Notes: generated by a model from the letters alone, not told the origin. A DNA stretch of 64,000 nt from Candidatus Levyibacteriota bacterium (GCA_963790825.1 CAWBPM010000002.1:295159-359158), one strand, 5' to 3'. Positions 8,918-18,971 are shown, counted from the stretch's first letter. Numbers and translations: made by a program.

Positions 8918-11266
8918 ATGAAAAGATATTTGCTTCAAAAATTGGCTCTTTTAGTGATCGGGTTTTTTATGTTCCCCTCTGCTTCTTTTGCTTATACAAC
9001 CAATATGAACGCCTCAGTTGTTTTAGGGCAAACAAGCTTTAGTACGAATTCTACAGGTACAACCTCCAGTACTCTTAACGGTCCTAGAAATCTTACTATT
9101 TGTAATGGTAAGTTAATTCTTGCTGATTTAACTAATTCTCGAGTACTTATTTGGAATTCTATACCAACACAGAACGGGCAAGCAGCAGATGTCGTAGTCG
9201 GACAACCTGACTTTACAAGTAACACGATAAATAATGGTGGTATTAGCGCTGCAACATTGAATAAGCCGTTAGCTGTCGGCTGCTTTGGTAACAAACTATT
9301 CATTGCCGATACAGAAAATAGTCGTGTTTTGATTTATAACTCGATTCCTACCTCAAATGGAGCCTCAGCAGATGTCGTAGTCGGACAACCTGATTTTTCT
9401 CATAACACTGTCAATAATGGCGGAATTGGAGCGAATACATTAAATAGACCACATGGAGTAACGTCGGATGGACAAAGATTATTTATTTTAGATGCCGATA
9501 ATCGACGACTACTCATATTCAATTCAATACCAACCACAAATAATGCATCGGCAGATACTGTGATAGGGCAGACAAATTTTACAAGTAATGGCATAAGTTG
9601 TTCGGCTAGCGGGTTTGATCATGAAGCACTCGGTGTATACGTATATGGAGGTAAAATTGTCGTTGCACAAACGTTTTTAACTAGCCTGGGCGCCTCTGGT
9701 CACAGAGTTTTAATTTTTAATAGCATTCCGACGAGCAACGGCGCTTCCGCTGATGTTGTCATTGGCCAGTCTAGTTTTACTGATTGTTCATCATATGCAG
9801 GCACTGCAGCGAATACCGTAGATAGGCCTTTTGGAGTCTTCGTAGATTCTAAAGGTAGACTCTATATTGGTGATAGAGGAAATCAAAGAGTTTTAGTTTT
9901 TAATACAATTCCCTCATCAAATAAAGCTTCCGCAGATTTGGTGATTGGTCAACCTAATTTTACTAGCAATAGTGTAAATCAAGGACAAGCTTCTCCTGGC
10001 GCAAATACTTTAAATGGTGCTGCTTATATTACGGGTACAGACACACAATTATTTATTACAGACAGTACGAACAATCGTGTCCTCATTTACAACGACATAA
10101 CGAGTAACCCATCAATGTCCCTCGGCAACAACATCTCTTCCTCACCTAATGGGAATAATAAATTGCGTTTCACCGGAAGTGCCTCTGTAGATTCTCCCTA
10201 CACCGTCAAAAGTGTCCAATATCAAATCAATGGGGGTGGTTGGAATAATGCAACACTGACAAACAGCAATGCACAAACAACCTCCTTTTACTTTGACTTC
10301 TCACCAACTGACAACAACTATTCTGGAGACGGGTATACCATCCAAGTACAAACGACAAGCAACAATCAGGATGTGAAGAGCAACGGCTTTTATTTCACCC
10401 CATTCAACTTGAATAGTCCAGGAAACAATGCATATACCACCAGTACCACACCCACTTTCTCTTTCTCCATCAACCAAGGGAGATTCACAGACCTCTCCAG
10501 TAACCTCGATCACTTCCAAGTGCAAGTACAAAAGATTAATGATGTCAATGGTAACCATTTGAGTAGTAGCTGGCAAACTTACATTGACAACATCCCCGTC
10601 AGTTTCCAGAATAATAAGAACAATTCACAGAATCTGCAACAAAACAGCAGCAATACATATGAAACGACTAAATTCCTTGCTACCTACAGTAGTGACAACA
10701 GCAACATCAGTGTTTATGCCAAACCAATTGACAGTACAGGCAACACCACTGGAAATACCTCATTTGACCAGGGTGGAACAGTCCTGTCTTCTGGAACTTA
10801 CCAATGGCAGGTAGTTGCTATTGATAAATCAGGACACCAACAAACAACAGGCAGTAATACCCTTCGAGTCAATAGTCTGATTACCAATACAACCGGAGCA
10901 ACAATTCACTTTCCCCTTTCTATTCTCTATCTTTCAACTCTTGGCAACGTGAATCTCTCAACGGATTATTCCCAAGGAATCAAATCAACCTATACTATCT
11001 ATAATACTGCACCAACCTTCTACGGGATTGCCTATGCAGGAGCAACAGTCACCCTTACTCTAACAGACAGTGTATGTGTCACATCGTCCTCAAGCACAAC
11101 ACTATGCACAAAAACCTATACTACAACTGCAAATCCTGATTCGAGATTTGGGATCAATATCCCAACGGGAGATTTAAATAGAAACAAAACGTACACTGTT
11201 AACATGAATGTGACACAGAACGGGAACTATAATGAACTGCCTGAGTTTTCCCTCAAAGTACTCTAA
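8918..11266 (+). CDS. secreted NHL-repeat beta-propeller protein with C-terminal Ig-like domains
   Basis: Signal peptide; about six repeats of ADxxNxRVLI[YFW]NxIPxxNGAxADVVxGQxDF; S/T/N-rich beta C-terminus with PTFYG. Confidence 0.85.
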   Translation: MKRYLLQKLALLVIGFFMFPSASFAYTTNMNASVVLGQTSFSTNSTGTTSSTLNGPRNLTICNGKLILADLTNSRVLIWNSIPTQNGQAADVVVGQPDFTSNTINNGGISAATLNKPLAVGCFGNKLFIADTENSRVLIYNSIPTSNGASADVVVGQPDFSHNTVNNGGIGANTLNRPHGVTSDGQRLFILDADNRRLLIFNSIPTTNNASADTVIGQTNFTSNGISCSASGFDHEALGVYVYGGKIVVAQTFLTSLGASGHRVLIFNSIPTSNGASADVVIGQSSFTDCSSYAGTAANTVDRPFGVFVDSKGRLYIGDRGNQRVLVFNTIPSSNKASADLVIGQPNFTSNSVNQGQASPGANTLNGAAYITGTDTQLFITDSTNNRVLIYNDITSNPSMSLGNNISSSPNGNNKLRFTGSASVDSPYTVKSVQYQINGGGWNNATLTNSNAQTTSFYFDFSPTDNNYSGDGYTIQVQTTSNNQDVKSNGFYFTPFNLNSPGNNAYTTSTTPTFSFSINQGRFTDLSSNLDHFQVQVQKINDVNGNHLSSSWQTYIDNIPVSFQNNKNNSQNLQQNSSNTYETTKFLATYSSDNSNISVYAKPIDSTGNTTGNTSFDQGGTVLSSGTYQWQVVAIDKSGHQQTTGSNTLRVNSLITNTTGATIHFPLSILYLSTLGNVNLSTDYSQGIKSTYTIYNTAPTFYGIAYAGATVTLTLTDSVCVTSSSSTTLCTKTYTTTANPDSRFGINIPTGDLNRNKTYTVNMNVTQNGNYNELPEFSLKVL

Positions 11267-11482
11267 GCTAGACTGGCTAACCTAACAGTCAAAATGGACG
11301 AATAAAGAAAATGTAATTACGGATGGATGTATCCGGAATGTCGAAATTTGCATCCGGACATTTTTGTCAGGGGAACCTTGGTAAAGTAATCCCTGAAATC
11401 AAACTGTCTACCGCTGTTTTCAATAAATTCATTGATTTCGTATTTAATTTCCTAACTGATATATAATAACTAACAGACAAAG

Positions 11483-12172
11483 ATGACAAAGGAGCTTTTA
11501 ACATCCCATCCCAGAAGGATCAATTTGGAAGAGGTTGATAAGTCACTGACTAGAGTAGTTGTGCACTGGAAAAGAATTGATAACGAGTTAGATAGTATGA
11601 AAATCGGTAGAAAAGAGCCTCCCTTTACTATGCAAGTGAAAGACCAGATGATATCAGGTTATGTTCATTTAGATGACTTACTTTCCCAAGGTGTAAGACC
11701 ATTTTCAGATGAAAGTATCTCTGAAATGCTTAAATTTAACAACAGGATTCATTATGGTACGGATACACAATTAATGACAGAATATGACTCTGCAATCTCA
11801 GCCAATGCAGAAAGATATTACAAACGAATTAATCCTATCAAGGACTGGTATGCAGCACATGAAGTCAAAGGGCATCATCCGTATGAATTGGCTGCTGAAA
11901 TATACGTAGCGATTTTAGGACGTCCACAGTTGTTTATAGAAGGAAATCACAGGGCAGGGACTTTAATAGCCGATTACATCCATGCTTTTTTCGGACATCC
12001 GATATTTGTGCTTACAGTGAGAAATGCATTAGACTTTTTTGAACCGGCTGGTAAAATAAAACATTTTTATAAAGCATCCGCTTGGCAGAAGCTAAACCCG
12101 CCAGAGTATAAAAAACGGTTCGGAAAGTTCTGGAGAGAGCATATTGACCATAGGTACTTGTTGCCAGAATAA
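11483..12172 (+). CDS. Fic/Doc-like protein with non-canonical motif
   Basis: PQLFIEGNHRAG resembles HPFxxGNGRxxR but lacks the catalytic His. Confidence 0.6.
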   Translation: MTKELLTSHPRRINLEEVDKSLTRVVVHWKRIDNELDSMKIGRKEPPFTMQVKDQMISGYVHLDDLLSQGVRPFSDESISEMLKFNNRIHYGTDTQLMTEYDSAISANAERYYKRINPIKDWYAAHEVKGHHPYELAAEIYVAILGRPQLFIEGNHRAGTLIADYIHAFFGHPIFVLTVRNALDFFEPAGKIKHFYKASAWQKLNPPEYKKRFGKFWREHIDHRYLLPE

Positions 12173-12222
12173 TATACTTGAATTTATTGAAAAACAAAGT
12201 ATAATGCGAAACGGAATCTTAT

Positions 12223-12489
12223 ATGAGCCAAGAAAGAAAATGCGGGCAGTGTAGTTTTTTTGATCCAATGCAGGTAGACAAAACAACACCCTTCGGCGCA
12301 AAAAATTTAGATAATGGTCAGATAGTCCGAAAGGGTGTATGCAGAGTCAATAAAGGATTGCGTTTCGGAATATTGGATGAAACAAGAGATTGCAGACAGC
12401 AACCACCTCAGGAGCATTTTATTGCAATAAATAGTCGGCAGAAGGTAAATTCCTGTCCCACAAATCCATCATTGTCTACCTCAAACTAA
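12223..12489 (+). CDS. small Cys-containing hypothetical protein
   Basis: CGQC...GVC...C, possible metal binding; TATAAT upstream. Confidence 0.5.
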   Translation: MSQERKCGQCSFFDPMQVDKTTPFGAKNLDNGQIVRKGVCRVNKGLRFGILDETRDCRQQPPQEHFIAINSRQKVNSCPTNPSLSTSN

Positions 12490-12518
12490 CATGTAATAGC
12501 AGAGACTAATCTGAATAA

Positions 12519-12911
12519 TTATCTTTTGAAATGTTTGCGTGATTTTCTTAACCCATCTGTACCGTGAGTGTATTTTATAACTCCACGAAGTTGTCTCTTA
12601 CCCGATTCTTTATCTCTACGGAATACTGGATACATCATACCGTTTTTATCAAGGTCTATTTCTTTTACGATTCTTTCTTCCCCAGCCGTGTTCGGTTTTC
12701 TGACTCTATAGTATTTCCCTTTTCCATCGGGAAGAACATATAGAATATGGCGAGTCCTACTATCCTCTCCGGGGAAAAGGTCACGCATGTCCAGATCCAT
12801 TACCTCACTTGAATAGTTTCCGGCTTTAAGTAATTCATTGACTGCTAAATCGTCTGCCTGTTTATCAACTGTATCAATTGGTTGCTTTGCCCAAAAAAGT
12901 TCAATTGTCAT
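12519..12911 (-). CDS. hypothetical protein
   Basis: 130-aa ORF with TATACT 7 nt before ATG. Confidence 0.6.
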   Translation of the reverse strand: MTIELFWAKQPIDTVDKQADDLAVNELLKAGNYSSEVMDLDMRDLFPGEDSRTRHILYVLPDGKGKYYRVRKPNTAGEERIVKEIDLDKNGMMYPVFRRDKESGKRQLRGVIKYTHGTDGLRKSRKHFKR

Positions 12912-13124
12912 GCCTGAGAGTATATCACATAACTTTAAATTACTAATTTATAACAAGTGTAGTTTACTACTTGATTTATTTTTTATTGAGTACTATCTTT
13001 ATTAACAAGACTTAAGAAAGTAATACTTTATCTTAGGTTGTTTGGTACAGATTGAACTTGACAGTCAATCTCTGCCTAAAAATCCCCGCATGTTTTAGAC
13101 AAAGCTCTTAAGTAAACAGAATAT

Positions 13125-13164
13125 TATAGATTCTAAAAAGGTTTCGGGGCAGCCGGTATTATTT
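13125..13164 (+). repeat. 40-bp direct repeat copy A
   Basis: TATAGATTCTAAAAAGGTTTCGGGGCAGCCGGTATTATTT, identical at 15270-15309. Confidence 0.95.
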
Positions 13165-13210
13165 AGCTATACAAAGAATAGCATTAAGAATCCTAATATT
13201 TTCTAGTTTA

Positions 13211-13612
13211 TTAATTAATTTCTTGAAATAGACAAGTTTCTCCGTTGGCAAGACCAAGTATCCCGACATGAATAAAAAATTGTTTCCAATTATTTCCTAA
13301 GGCAATTCCTAAGTTTTCTTCTCCCTTGAATTTATCACAGCGGTAAGTTTTTATTTCGCTATTATACGAAATAACAAGCTTATAATCGTGATTATATTTA
13401 TTTAAATAACTTAAAGTTTGTATATCTCCGTCTCTTTTGTAAGTTGTTAAATCTGGTTCATACACTACTGACCCCATTTCTCTTTTTCCTTCCTGGTTTA
13501 TTCTGTACATTGCAACGAAAACATTGTAGGAAAATACGTTTAGTTCCGGTCTGTCTTCTATAGCCAAGGGTCTTGGTATAAAAGAATATAGGGAACCATT
13601 TTTTATATCCAT
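13211..13612 (-). CDS. hypothetical protein, paralog of upstream gene
   Basis: Shares RPELNVF.NVFV, Y[ED]PDL.TYK..GDI, WK.FF.HVG.LG.A.GET with 13651-14067. Confidence 0.85.
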   Translation of the reverse strand: MDIKNGSLYSFIPRPLAIEDRPELNVFSYNVFVAMYRINQEGKREMGSVVYEPDLTTYKRDGDIQTLSYLNKYNHDYKLVISYNSEIKTYRCDKFKGEENLGIALGNNWKQFFIHVGILGLANGETCLFQEIN

Positions 13613-13650
13613 AATATTTCATCCCCCTCCACCTTAAAGATTTAAGACCT

Positions 13651-14067
13651 TTAGTTTGTTTGTTTAATTTCATCAAACAAATAGGTTTCTCCTTTTGCAA
13701 AACCCAGTAACCCGACATGTAGAAAAAATCGTTTCCAATCATTCTCCCCGTCAGCACAGCCTACAATTTTATCCTTATTGTATTTAGCGCAACTGTAAGT
13801 ATTCTTAACGGCATTAAAAGAAATAATAAGTTTATAGTCCTGATTGAAAATATTTTTATAACTTAAACTTTTAATATCACCGTTATCTTTATAAGTAGAT
13901 AAGTCGGGATCGTAAAAGACTGAACACACAACCATTTTTCCTTCCTCATTTAATCCGTGAGATGAAACAAATACATTAAAAGGGAAAACATTAAGCTCAG
14001 GTCTTTCTTTTATCTCTAAACGGGTTGGCAAAAAAACAAACAAAGAATCTTTATCGATACTTATCAT
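13651..14067 (-). CDS. hypothetical protein under SAM-I riboswitch control
   Basis: Strong SD AAAGGAGGTG before ATG at 14067; paralog of downstream gene. Confidence 0.85.
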   Translation of the reverse strand: MISIDKDSLFVFLPTRLEIKERPELNVFPFNVFVSSHGLNEEGKMVVCSVFYDPDLSTYKDNGDIKSLSYKNIFNQDYKLIISFNAVKNTYSCAKYNKDKIVGCADGENDWKRFFLHVGLLGFAKGETYLFDEIKQTN

Positions 14068-14084
14068 ACCCACCTCCTTTCCAA

Positions 14085-14110
14085 CAAAAAACCTCTCCTG
14101 AAAGAGAGGT
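14085..14110 (-). terminator. intrinsic terminator, riboswitch expression platform
   Basis: Minus strand ACCTCTC-TTTCAG-GAGAGGT followed by a T-run. Confidence 0.8.
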
Positions 14111-14145
14111 ATAATACAAAAAAATTGTTTACCAAATTTTCTTGG

Positions 14146-14247
14146 TCAAATCCGTCCCTTTCCAAGGGCTGGGTTTGGCACCGCTTAATAATTACCGGTT
14201 GCCGGGTGGGTCACTGAGCCAGAACTCTCGCCACCGCTCTTGATTAA
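14146..14247 (-). ncRNA. SAM-I (S-box) riboswitch aptamer
   Basis: Minus strand AATCAAGAG..GGTGG.GAGAG.TCTGGC..TGA.CCACC.GGCAACC..GGTGCCAAACCCAG, P4 CCCTT/AAGGG, closing GAT; CTGG/CCAG pseudoknot. Confidence 0.88.
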
Positions 14248-14258
14248 TTGTTAAGCCT

Positions 14259-14287
14259 ATTAAATAACTTTTTAAAGGCTTTGTCAA
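14259..14287 (-). promoter_or_regulatory. sigma70-type promoter for the riboswitch leader
   Basis: TTGACA-N17-TTTAAT on minus strand just 5' of the aptamer. Confidence 0.65.
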
Positions 14288-14499
14288 TAATTCAATACTA
14301 AGGAGTTGTTTAGGCTCTTCTAGGCAAGAGTCAAGCATTCTTTATTCTCAGTCAGTTAGTTGAACTCGCGGAATCGGTAAATGTCCAAAACAGCGAGACT
14401 AATTTTAATGCTTTTTGTAAAGCTTTCCCTTCTCCTTGTCCCAAATAAAGCCCTTTTTAGCCGCGTGGACAATTCTTTGTGTCCAATACAAAGAGAATA

Positions 14500-14892
14500 T
14501 TAGTTAATTCTTCTTGAGTTATTCATAATCCAATTACATATCTCCTCTATACCTATCTTTTTCGTTATAATTTCCAGAATGAATTTTTCTAATTCATTTT
14601 GAGATACCGTCAACTCAAACCCATTTTGTGCCAAAAAAATAATCATACTCACTGTTCCTGTACGCTTATTACCATCTATAAATGCATGGTTATTAACTAG
14701 CGAATATAGTAAGGCTGAAGCTTTTTCGAAAACAGAAGGATATAAATCTAGACCTGAGAAGGTTGTTTGAGGTCTAAATACTGCAGATTCAATTAAGGCT
14801 AGATCCCTTATTCCATGTGAACCACCATATCTATCAATTTGGTCCTCATGGATTAGAATAATTTGCTCAAGTGTTAAGTAAACAATATCCAC
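14500..14892 (-). CDS. doc: death-on-curing (Doc) family toxin
   Basis: HAFIDGNKRTG motif, GGSHGIRD, SAVFRPQ. Confidence 0.9.
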   Translation of the reverse strand: MDIVYLTLEQIILIHEDQIDRYGGSHGIRDLALIESAVFRPQTTFSGLDLYPSVFEKASALLYSLVNNHAFIDGNKRTGTVSMIIFLAQNGFELTVSQNELEKFILEIITKKIGIEEICNWIMNNSRRIN

Positions 14893-14897
14893 ATTTT

Positions 14898-15146
14898 CTA
14901 CTTTAGGGCAAGTTTTCTTAATGCATCCCCGTAGTGTTCGTTAACCTTTTTAAGTAAATCCAGAAATTCAGGAGTTAAAGAAGAACGTACTTGCTTCTCC
15001 CCCTTTTTACGAATAACCAATGATTTTGTTTGCGGATCTGTTTCGATAATAACTTGAGTTCCTGTTTCAAAACCGGTTTGCTCTAATAGCAGTTTTGGAA
15101 TAATAACTCCAGTTGAATTTCCAACTTGAATAATTTTTTGCTCCAT
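14898..15146 (-). CDS. AbrB/MazE-type antitoxin
   Basis: KIIQVGNSTGVIIPK; upstream of doc; palindromic GTTATAAC repeats at 15148-15165. Confidence 0.88.
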   Translation of the reverse strand: MEQKIIQVGNSTGVIIPKLLLEQTGFETGTQVIIETDPQTKSLVIRKKGEKQVRSSLTPEFLDLLKKVNEHYGDALRKLALK

Positions 15147-15269
15147 AGTTATAACATGTTATAACATATTTGGATACTTGTCAAGAACCAGTATTGTAGC
15201 CCGACTTGTCATAAACAAAGCCATATTTAGCCACGTGGACAATCTTCATGTTCAAAACGGAGAAGGGGA

Positions 15270-15309
15270 TATAGATTCTAAAAAGGTTTCGGGGCAGCCG
15301 GTATTATTT
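15270..15309 (+). repeat. 40-bp direct repeat copy B
   Basis: Identical to 13125-13164; overlaps the stop codon of the KGG gene. Confidence 0.95.
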
Positions 15310-15474
15310 TCTTCTTCCTCTACCGCCGATATGACCGGCTTTCCGGGCTTCCTCAGAGGTAAATTCATGCGCTCTGCCAAGTCTGTGTGCTTCCTTACCA
15401 CCGCTTCGGGCTATTCGGCGCTGCCTGTCTTTATCCATTGAGCCAAAACCCCTCCGTTTAGTATTATTAGTCAT
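15304..15474 (-). CDS. KGG-repeat general stress protein
   Basis: RGFGSMDKDRQRRIARSGGKEAH...HEFTSEEARKAGHIGG. Confidence 0.85.
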   Translation of the reverse strand: MTNNTKRRGFGSMDKDRQRRIARSGGKEAHRLGRAHEFTSEEARKAGHIGGRGRRK

Positions 15475-15660
15475 AACTCTCACTATAAAGTTATCACGAA
15501 AAAAGTGCAAGTCCAAATATTCCAAACATGAATCATGACTGATCGCAGGGTAATTTAATACTAGGAGACCCTTCGTCTCCTCTGCGCAAGGGTCAAGATG
15601 AACTTAAGCTATCCACGAATGAATAAACTGTTACTTTAAATATTTACTCTAGGAGTATAA

Positions 15661-16311
15661 TTATTTCGTTTTCTCGTTTAGAATTTGTGAGATAACTTGT
15701 TGAGGGTCAGGAGTTTGCGGGTCTCGTTGAAAGCCCCATTTTCTATTAGTTTTTGTATAACCATGTCTATAGTACCAATGCGTTAGCTCTGAATCATCCA
15801 TTCCTCCATCACGAGCTGATGGATTGAGATATACTCTCAAGTTTTTGCTATCTGCTAAAGCATTTAGATTATCTAATAAGAAACTGCCTAACCCTCTGGC
15901 ACTTTTATATCCATATTCTTGAGGGAGCATACTTGTCATTGTGCGAATATATGTAAGATAAAGGGCCTTCTCCTTGCCATCTTCTTCTTCAATACTACCA
16001 AAATCTACTGATGCGACCGCATTTGGATCACGCAGTTGTTCTTCTATATGGCCAAATATTGAAGAACTCAAATCTCCAGACATTATCAATTCCCGCATTC
16101 TTACAGCTTGTTCTTGCCAATTGGGTACTCTCAATACCCATAATAATCTACCTATATGGGGGGGTAATTCTCCTTCAAATATATAAGGTAATCCCTTAAT
16201 AGCTACTTCTCTGGTAAATTTTAATGGTTCCGCACTTACAGCCTCATTGGCTGTTGGGAATTCATTTACTGATTCTTCCGACTTTGAAGGTAGTTCGCTT
16301 CGTAGATCCAT
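15661..16311 (-). CDS. GNAT-fold hypothetical acetyltransferase
   Basis: RGLGSFLLDNL (motif A) and LTHWYYRHGY (motif B). Confidence 0.6.
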   Translation of the reverse strand: MDLRSELPSKSEESVNEFPTANEAVSAEPLKFTREVAIKGLPYIFEGELPPHIGRLLWVLRVPNWQEQAVRMRELIMSGDLSSSIFGHIEEQLRDPNAVASVDFGSIEEEDGKEKALYLTYIRTMTSMLPQEYGYKSARGLGSFLLDNLNALADSKNLRVYLNPSARDGGMDDSELTHWYYRHGYTKTNRKWGFQRDPQTPDPQQVISQILNEKTK

Positions 16312-16483
16312 AAAACGAGTATACCAAAATTCGTTGTATCTTTCATTTAATTAAAAACAGTGCCAATATAAGGAGCCCCTTCGGCTCCTCTTTTCAAAGG
16401 TCAAGATGAACGTGTATTTGTTTAAAATACGATTTGGCAATAGTTTAGCAAAGAGCAGTATTTAGTAAATTGGGTTATATAAA

Positions 16484-17011
16484 TTATTTGCCTGTAGGTT
16501 TGGATACTGAATCCTGAAGTTTGGCAATTGCAGCTCTCATTATAAGATGAGGCCTAGTGGAATATTGCTCTTCTAATCTATTTTCAATCTCTTCATCTGG
16601 AACTGAATGCTCCAATCCCCAGCCAGAAAATGTAATGTCCACCTCGAAATTGAATACTTGCTTAAGTCTCTCAGGCATTTTGGGATACTCATAATGCTTC
16701 ACACTCCAAGTATCTGAAATAACATCGCTTCCATTCATATTACATTCAGTATGACGGATAGTCTGCGATTGAGGGGTATACCACTGTGAGAGTTGACTGA
16801 GAGCTAGTTCATTACCAGTATCTCCTAATAACTCAATTGCGTGTAGTTGGCTTTCTATCTTTCGTTCTTTTCGGGAAAGCTTCCTAGTGATTCCGTTCCA
16901 GATAATTTTACCTTGTCCAATACGTATAAGATCTTGGACTTCTTGTGGAGCCGCAGTAAATTCCGGGTCTTCTTTATGAAATATTCTGCCAATTCTTTCA
17001 ACTAATGGCAT
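16484..17011 (-). CDS. hypothetical protein
   Basis: 175-aa ORF; AIELLGDTGNELAL resembles a single HEAT-like repeat. Confidence 0.65.
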   Translation of the reverse strand: MPLVERIGRIFHKEDPEFTAAPQEVQDLIRIGQGKIIWNGITRKLSRKERKIESQLHAIELLGDTGNELALSQLSQWYTPQSQTIRHTECNMNGSDVISDTWSVKHYEYPKMPERLKQVFNFEVDITFSGWGLEHSVPDEEIENRLEEQYSTRPHLIMRAAIAKLQDSVSKPTGK

Positions 17012-17256
17012 ATTTGATAGGAATATACTCCTTATGAGGCTGGCTTGTCAAATATACCGGCTATAAAAAGGGCTTAGCCCCTCTTCCGCAAGGGTTTCCG
17101 GCTTTGCTTCCAATAAATTAGGGCTTTCAGCCCGTCACCCTTGCATTATTCACCCCCTCTTTTGCTTCGCACATATCAGAAAGCAGGCCGCAGGCTGCTT
17201 TCTGGAATATATATTTTCCAAATATGAACAGCCGGAAGGGGGTGAAACACAAAAAT

Positions 17257-17382
17257 ATGCAATTACTTACAAAACAGTTACGGGAAACTATCCAGCCGTT
17301 ATATTCCACAGAGACGGAAGCCGATCCGGATGTGAAGTGTAAATTTTTTCTTCCCGGAAGAATTATTGAGAGGGATCAATAG
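17257..17382 (+). pseudogene. truncated DUF2958 gene copy
   Basis: MQLLTKQLRETIQPLYSTETEADPDVKCKFFLP aligns with the N-terminus of 20225-20524 then stops; upstream 200 bp also duplicated. Confidence 0.85.
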
Positions 17383-17500
17383 GGAAGAATAATAAGCTTG
17401 CAGGTGACTCAAGTAGAGTTTTAATATAGAATAGATATTTCAGATGTACATTATGTACCTTATTGACAAAACGTAATAAATGGTATATAATAGCTGCATT

Positions 17501-17800
17501 ATGACAAGTATATCTACTATTAATGTTACCAAGGCCCGGGATAACTTGGCTGAAATATTGGGGAGAGTAAGATTTGGTGAAGAAACAATCACAATAGAAA
17601 AAAAAGGGAAACCTTACGCAGTAATCATAAGCCCTAAAGAGCTTAAAAGATATCAAGAAATAGCTAAAAAGGCATTTTCTACTACTGTGGCTAGCATTCG
17701 AGCAAAAAATACTGCTGTAAATGAAAATGAACTTATGGAAGATGTAACTAAAGCTGTTGAAGAAACTCGACAAGAACGATATGAACAACGAGGAAAATAA
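17501..17800 (+). CDS. Phd/YefM family antitoxin
   Basis: INVTKARDNLAEILGRV...ITIEKKGKPYAVII; TTGACA-N17-TATAAT promoter at 17463-17491. Confidence 0.9.
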   Translation: MTSISTINVTKARDNLAEILGRVRFGEETITIEKKGKPYAVIISPKELKRYQEIAKKAFSTTVASIRAKNTAVNENELMEDVTKAVEETRQERYEQRGK

Positions 17801-18236
17801 TCTTCCAAGAGTTACCATTGACACAAACCTTGTTATTAGCGGTACTATTTCTCCAAACAGTGTTCCAAGCCAACTTATCACATTCTGGATTAACGGCGGC
17901 TTCAACTGGATTCAAACTCAAGAAACGTTTAACGAAATAAAAGAAGTATTTACCAGAAAAAATATAAAAATGAAATATCATCTAAATCCTAAAGAAATAC
18001 AAGCGTTTCTTGATAATTTATCTATAGGAGCAGAATTCGTAAAACCAATTCCAATAGAATCTCTTCCAATTCATTCTCGAGACGCAAAAGATAATATTTT
18101 ACTATCTTGTACGTTAGGTGGGAATTGCGATTTTCTTATTACTGGTGATGAGGATTTATTAGTCCTTAATGGAGAGAAAAAGTTGGGAAAGTTACAAATT
18201 ATAAAAGTAGTTGACTTTTTGCAAAGAAAAAAATAA
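17781..18236 (+). CDS. PIN-domain (VapC-like) toxin
   Basis: VTIDTNLVIS, RDAKDNILL and ITGDEDLL motifs. Confidence 0.9.
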   Translation: MNNEENNLPRVTIDTNLVISGTISPNSVPSQLITFWINGGFNWIQTQETFNEIKEVFTRKNIKMKYHLNPKEIQAFLDNLSIGAEFVKPIPIESLPIHSRDAKDNILLSCTLGGNCDFLITGDEDLLVLNGEKKLGKLQIIKVVDFLQRKK

Positions 18237-18561
18237 GTCAGAGTTTCCTTTCCTTCCAAGTACTGGATGCTTCAATACGAATCCTAATCATTATACGAAC
18301 CAGAGGTAATCAAAAATATAAAACACATATAAAAACGTCTTCGGTTTTTCTATGACTTGGGTTTCCGGCTTCGCCTCCAATGAATTCTTTAGTAATTAAA
18401 ATAATTTTATTGGGAATAGCAATCTATATCATCTGGTTATTATCCGGGATATTCTTCTAATCACATTATATATCTTTCATAACCCATACAACCATAGAAG
18501 GGGCTTAGCCCCTCTAATGCAAGGGTTTCCGGCTTACACGGTCTTCAAAATACACTCACTT

Positions 18562-18891
18562 TCAAGATTGATCTTCGGGGGTCTCATATCGATTGGGTTT
18601 ACCGCGTGTAGGCTCCGGGGTATATCCACCATATAAACCTGACTGCTTTGCTCTCTCTGTCATAATCCTTGCACCGGTTGATTCAATCATTCGGTCTAAT
18701 TGTTCTTTTGTATAAGATCCCAAGTAATAATCAACGTGGCCTGCGCTTGAAAGGTAACCAGGACCATGTTCATGTTCTTCTTGGCATTTTGCAGGGGTGG
18801 GGGTTTCCTGACGAATTGTTTGATGAAAGACGGATCTAAAACGTTCTTTAATTCCTCCCAATATTCCAAATGACCCTGACTCTTTGCCCAT
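18562..18891 (-). CDS. hypothetical protein
   Basis: ORF with TATAAT 6 nt before MGKES start. Confidence 0.55.
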   Translation of the reverse strand: MGKESGSFGILGGIKERFRSVFHQTIRQETPTPAKCQEEHEHGPGYLSSAGHVDYYLGSYTKEQLDRMIESTGARIMTERAKQSGLYGGYTPEPTRGKPNRYETPEDQS

Positions 18892-18971
18892 ACGTATATT
18901 ATACGCCTGATGGTCAAATTTCATTAAGAAGGGGATGCTTATGGGGATTGGTTTTTTATTTAAAGATAAAT

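Noticed and set aside
8990-10090. DNA repeats such as GCAGATGTCGTAGTCGGACAACCTGA as a DGR template/variable pair
   Set aside because: They are coding NHL repeats within one ORF; no reverse transcriptase and no adenine-specific divergence seen.
11270-11365. GGCTAACC...TGGATGTAT similarity with 24676-24705 and a hairpin after the NHL gene
   Set aside because: Too short and gapped to support a repeat family; the hairpin may simply be a terminator.
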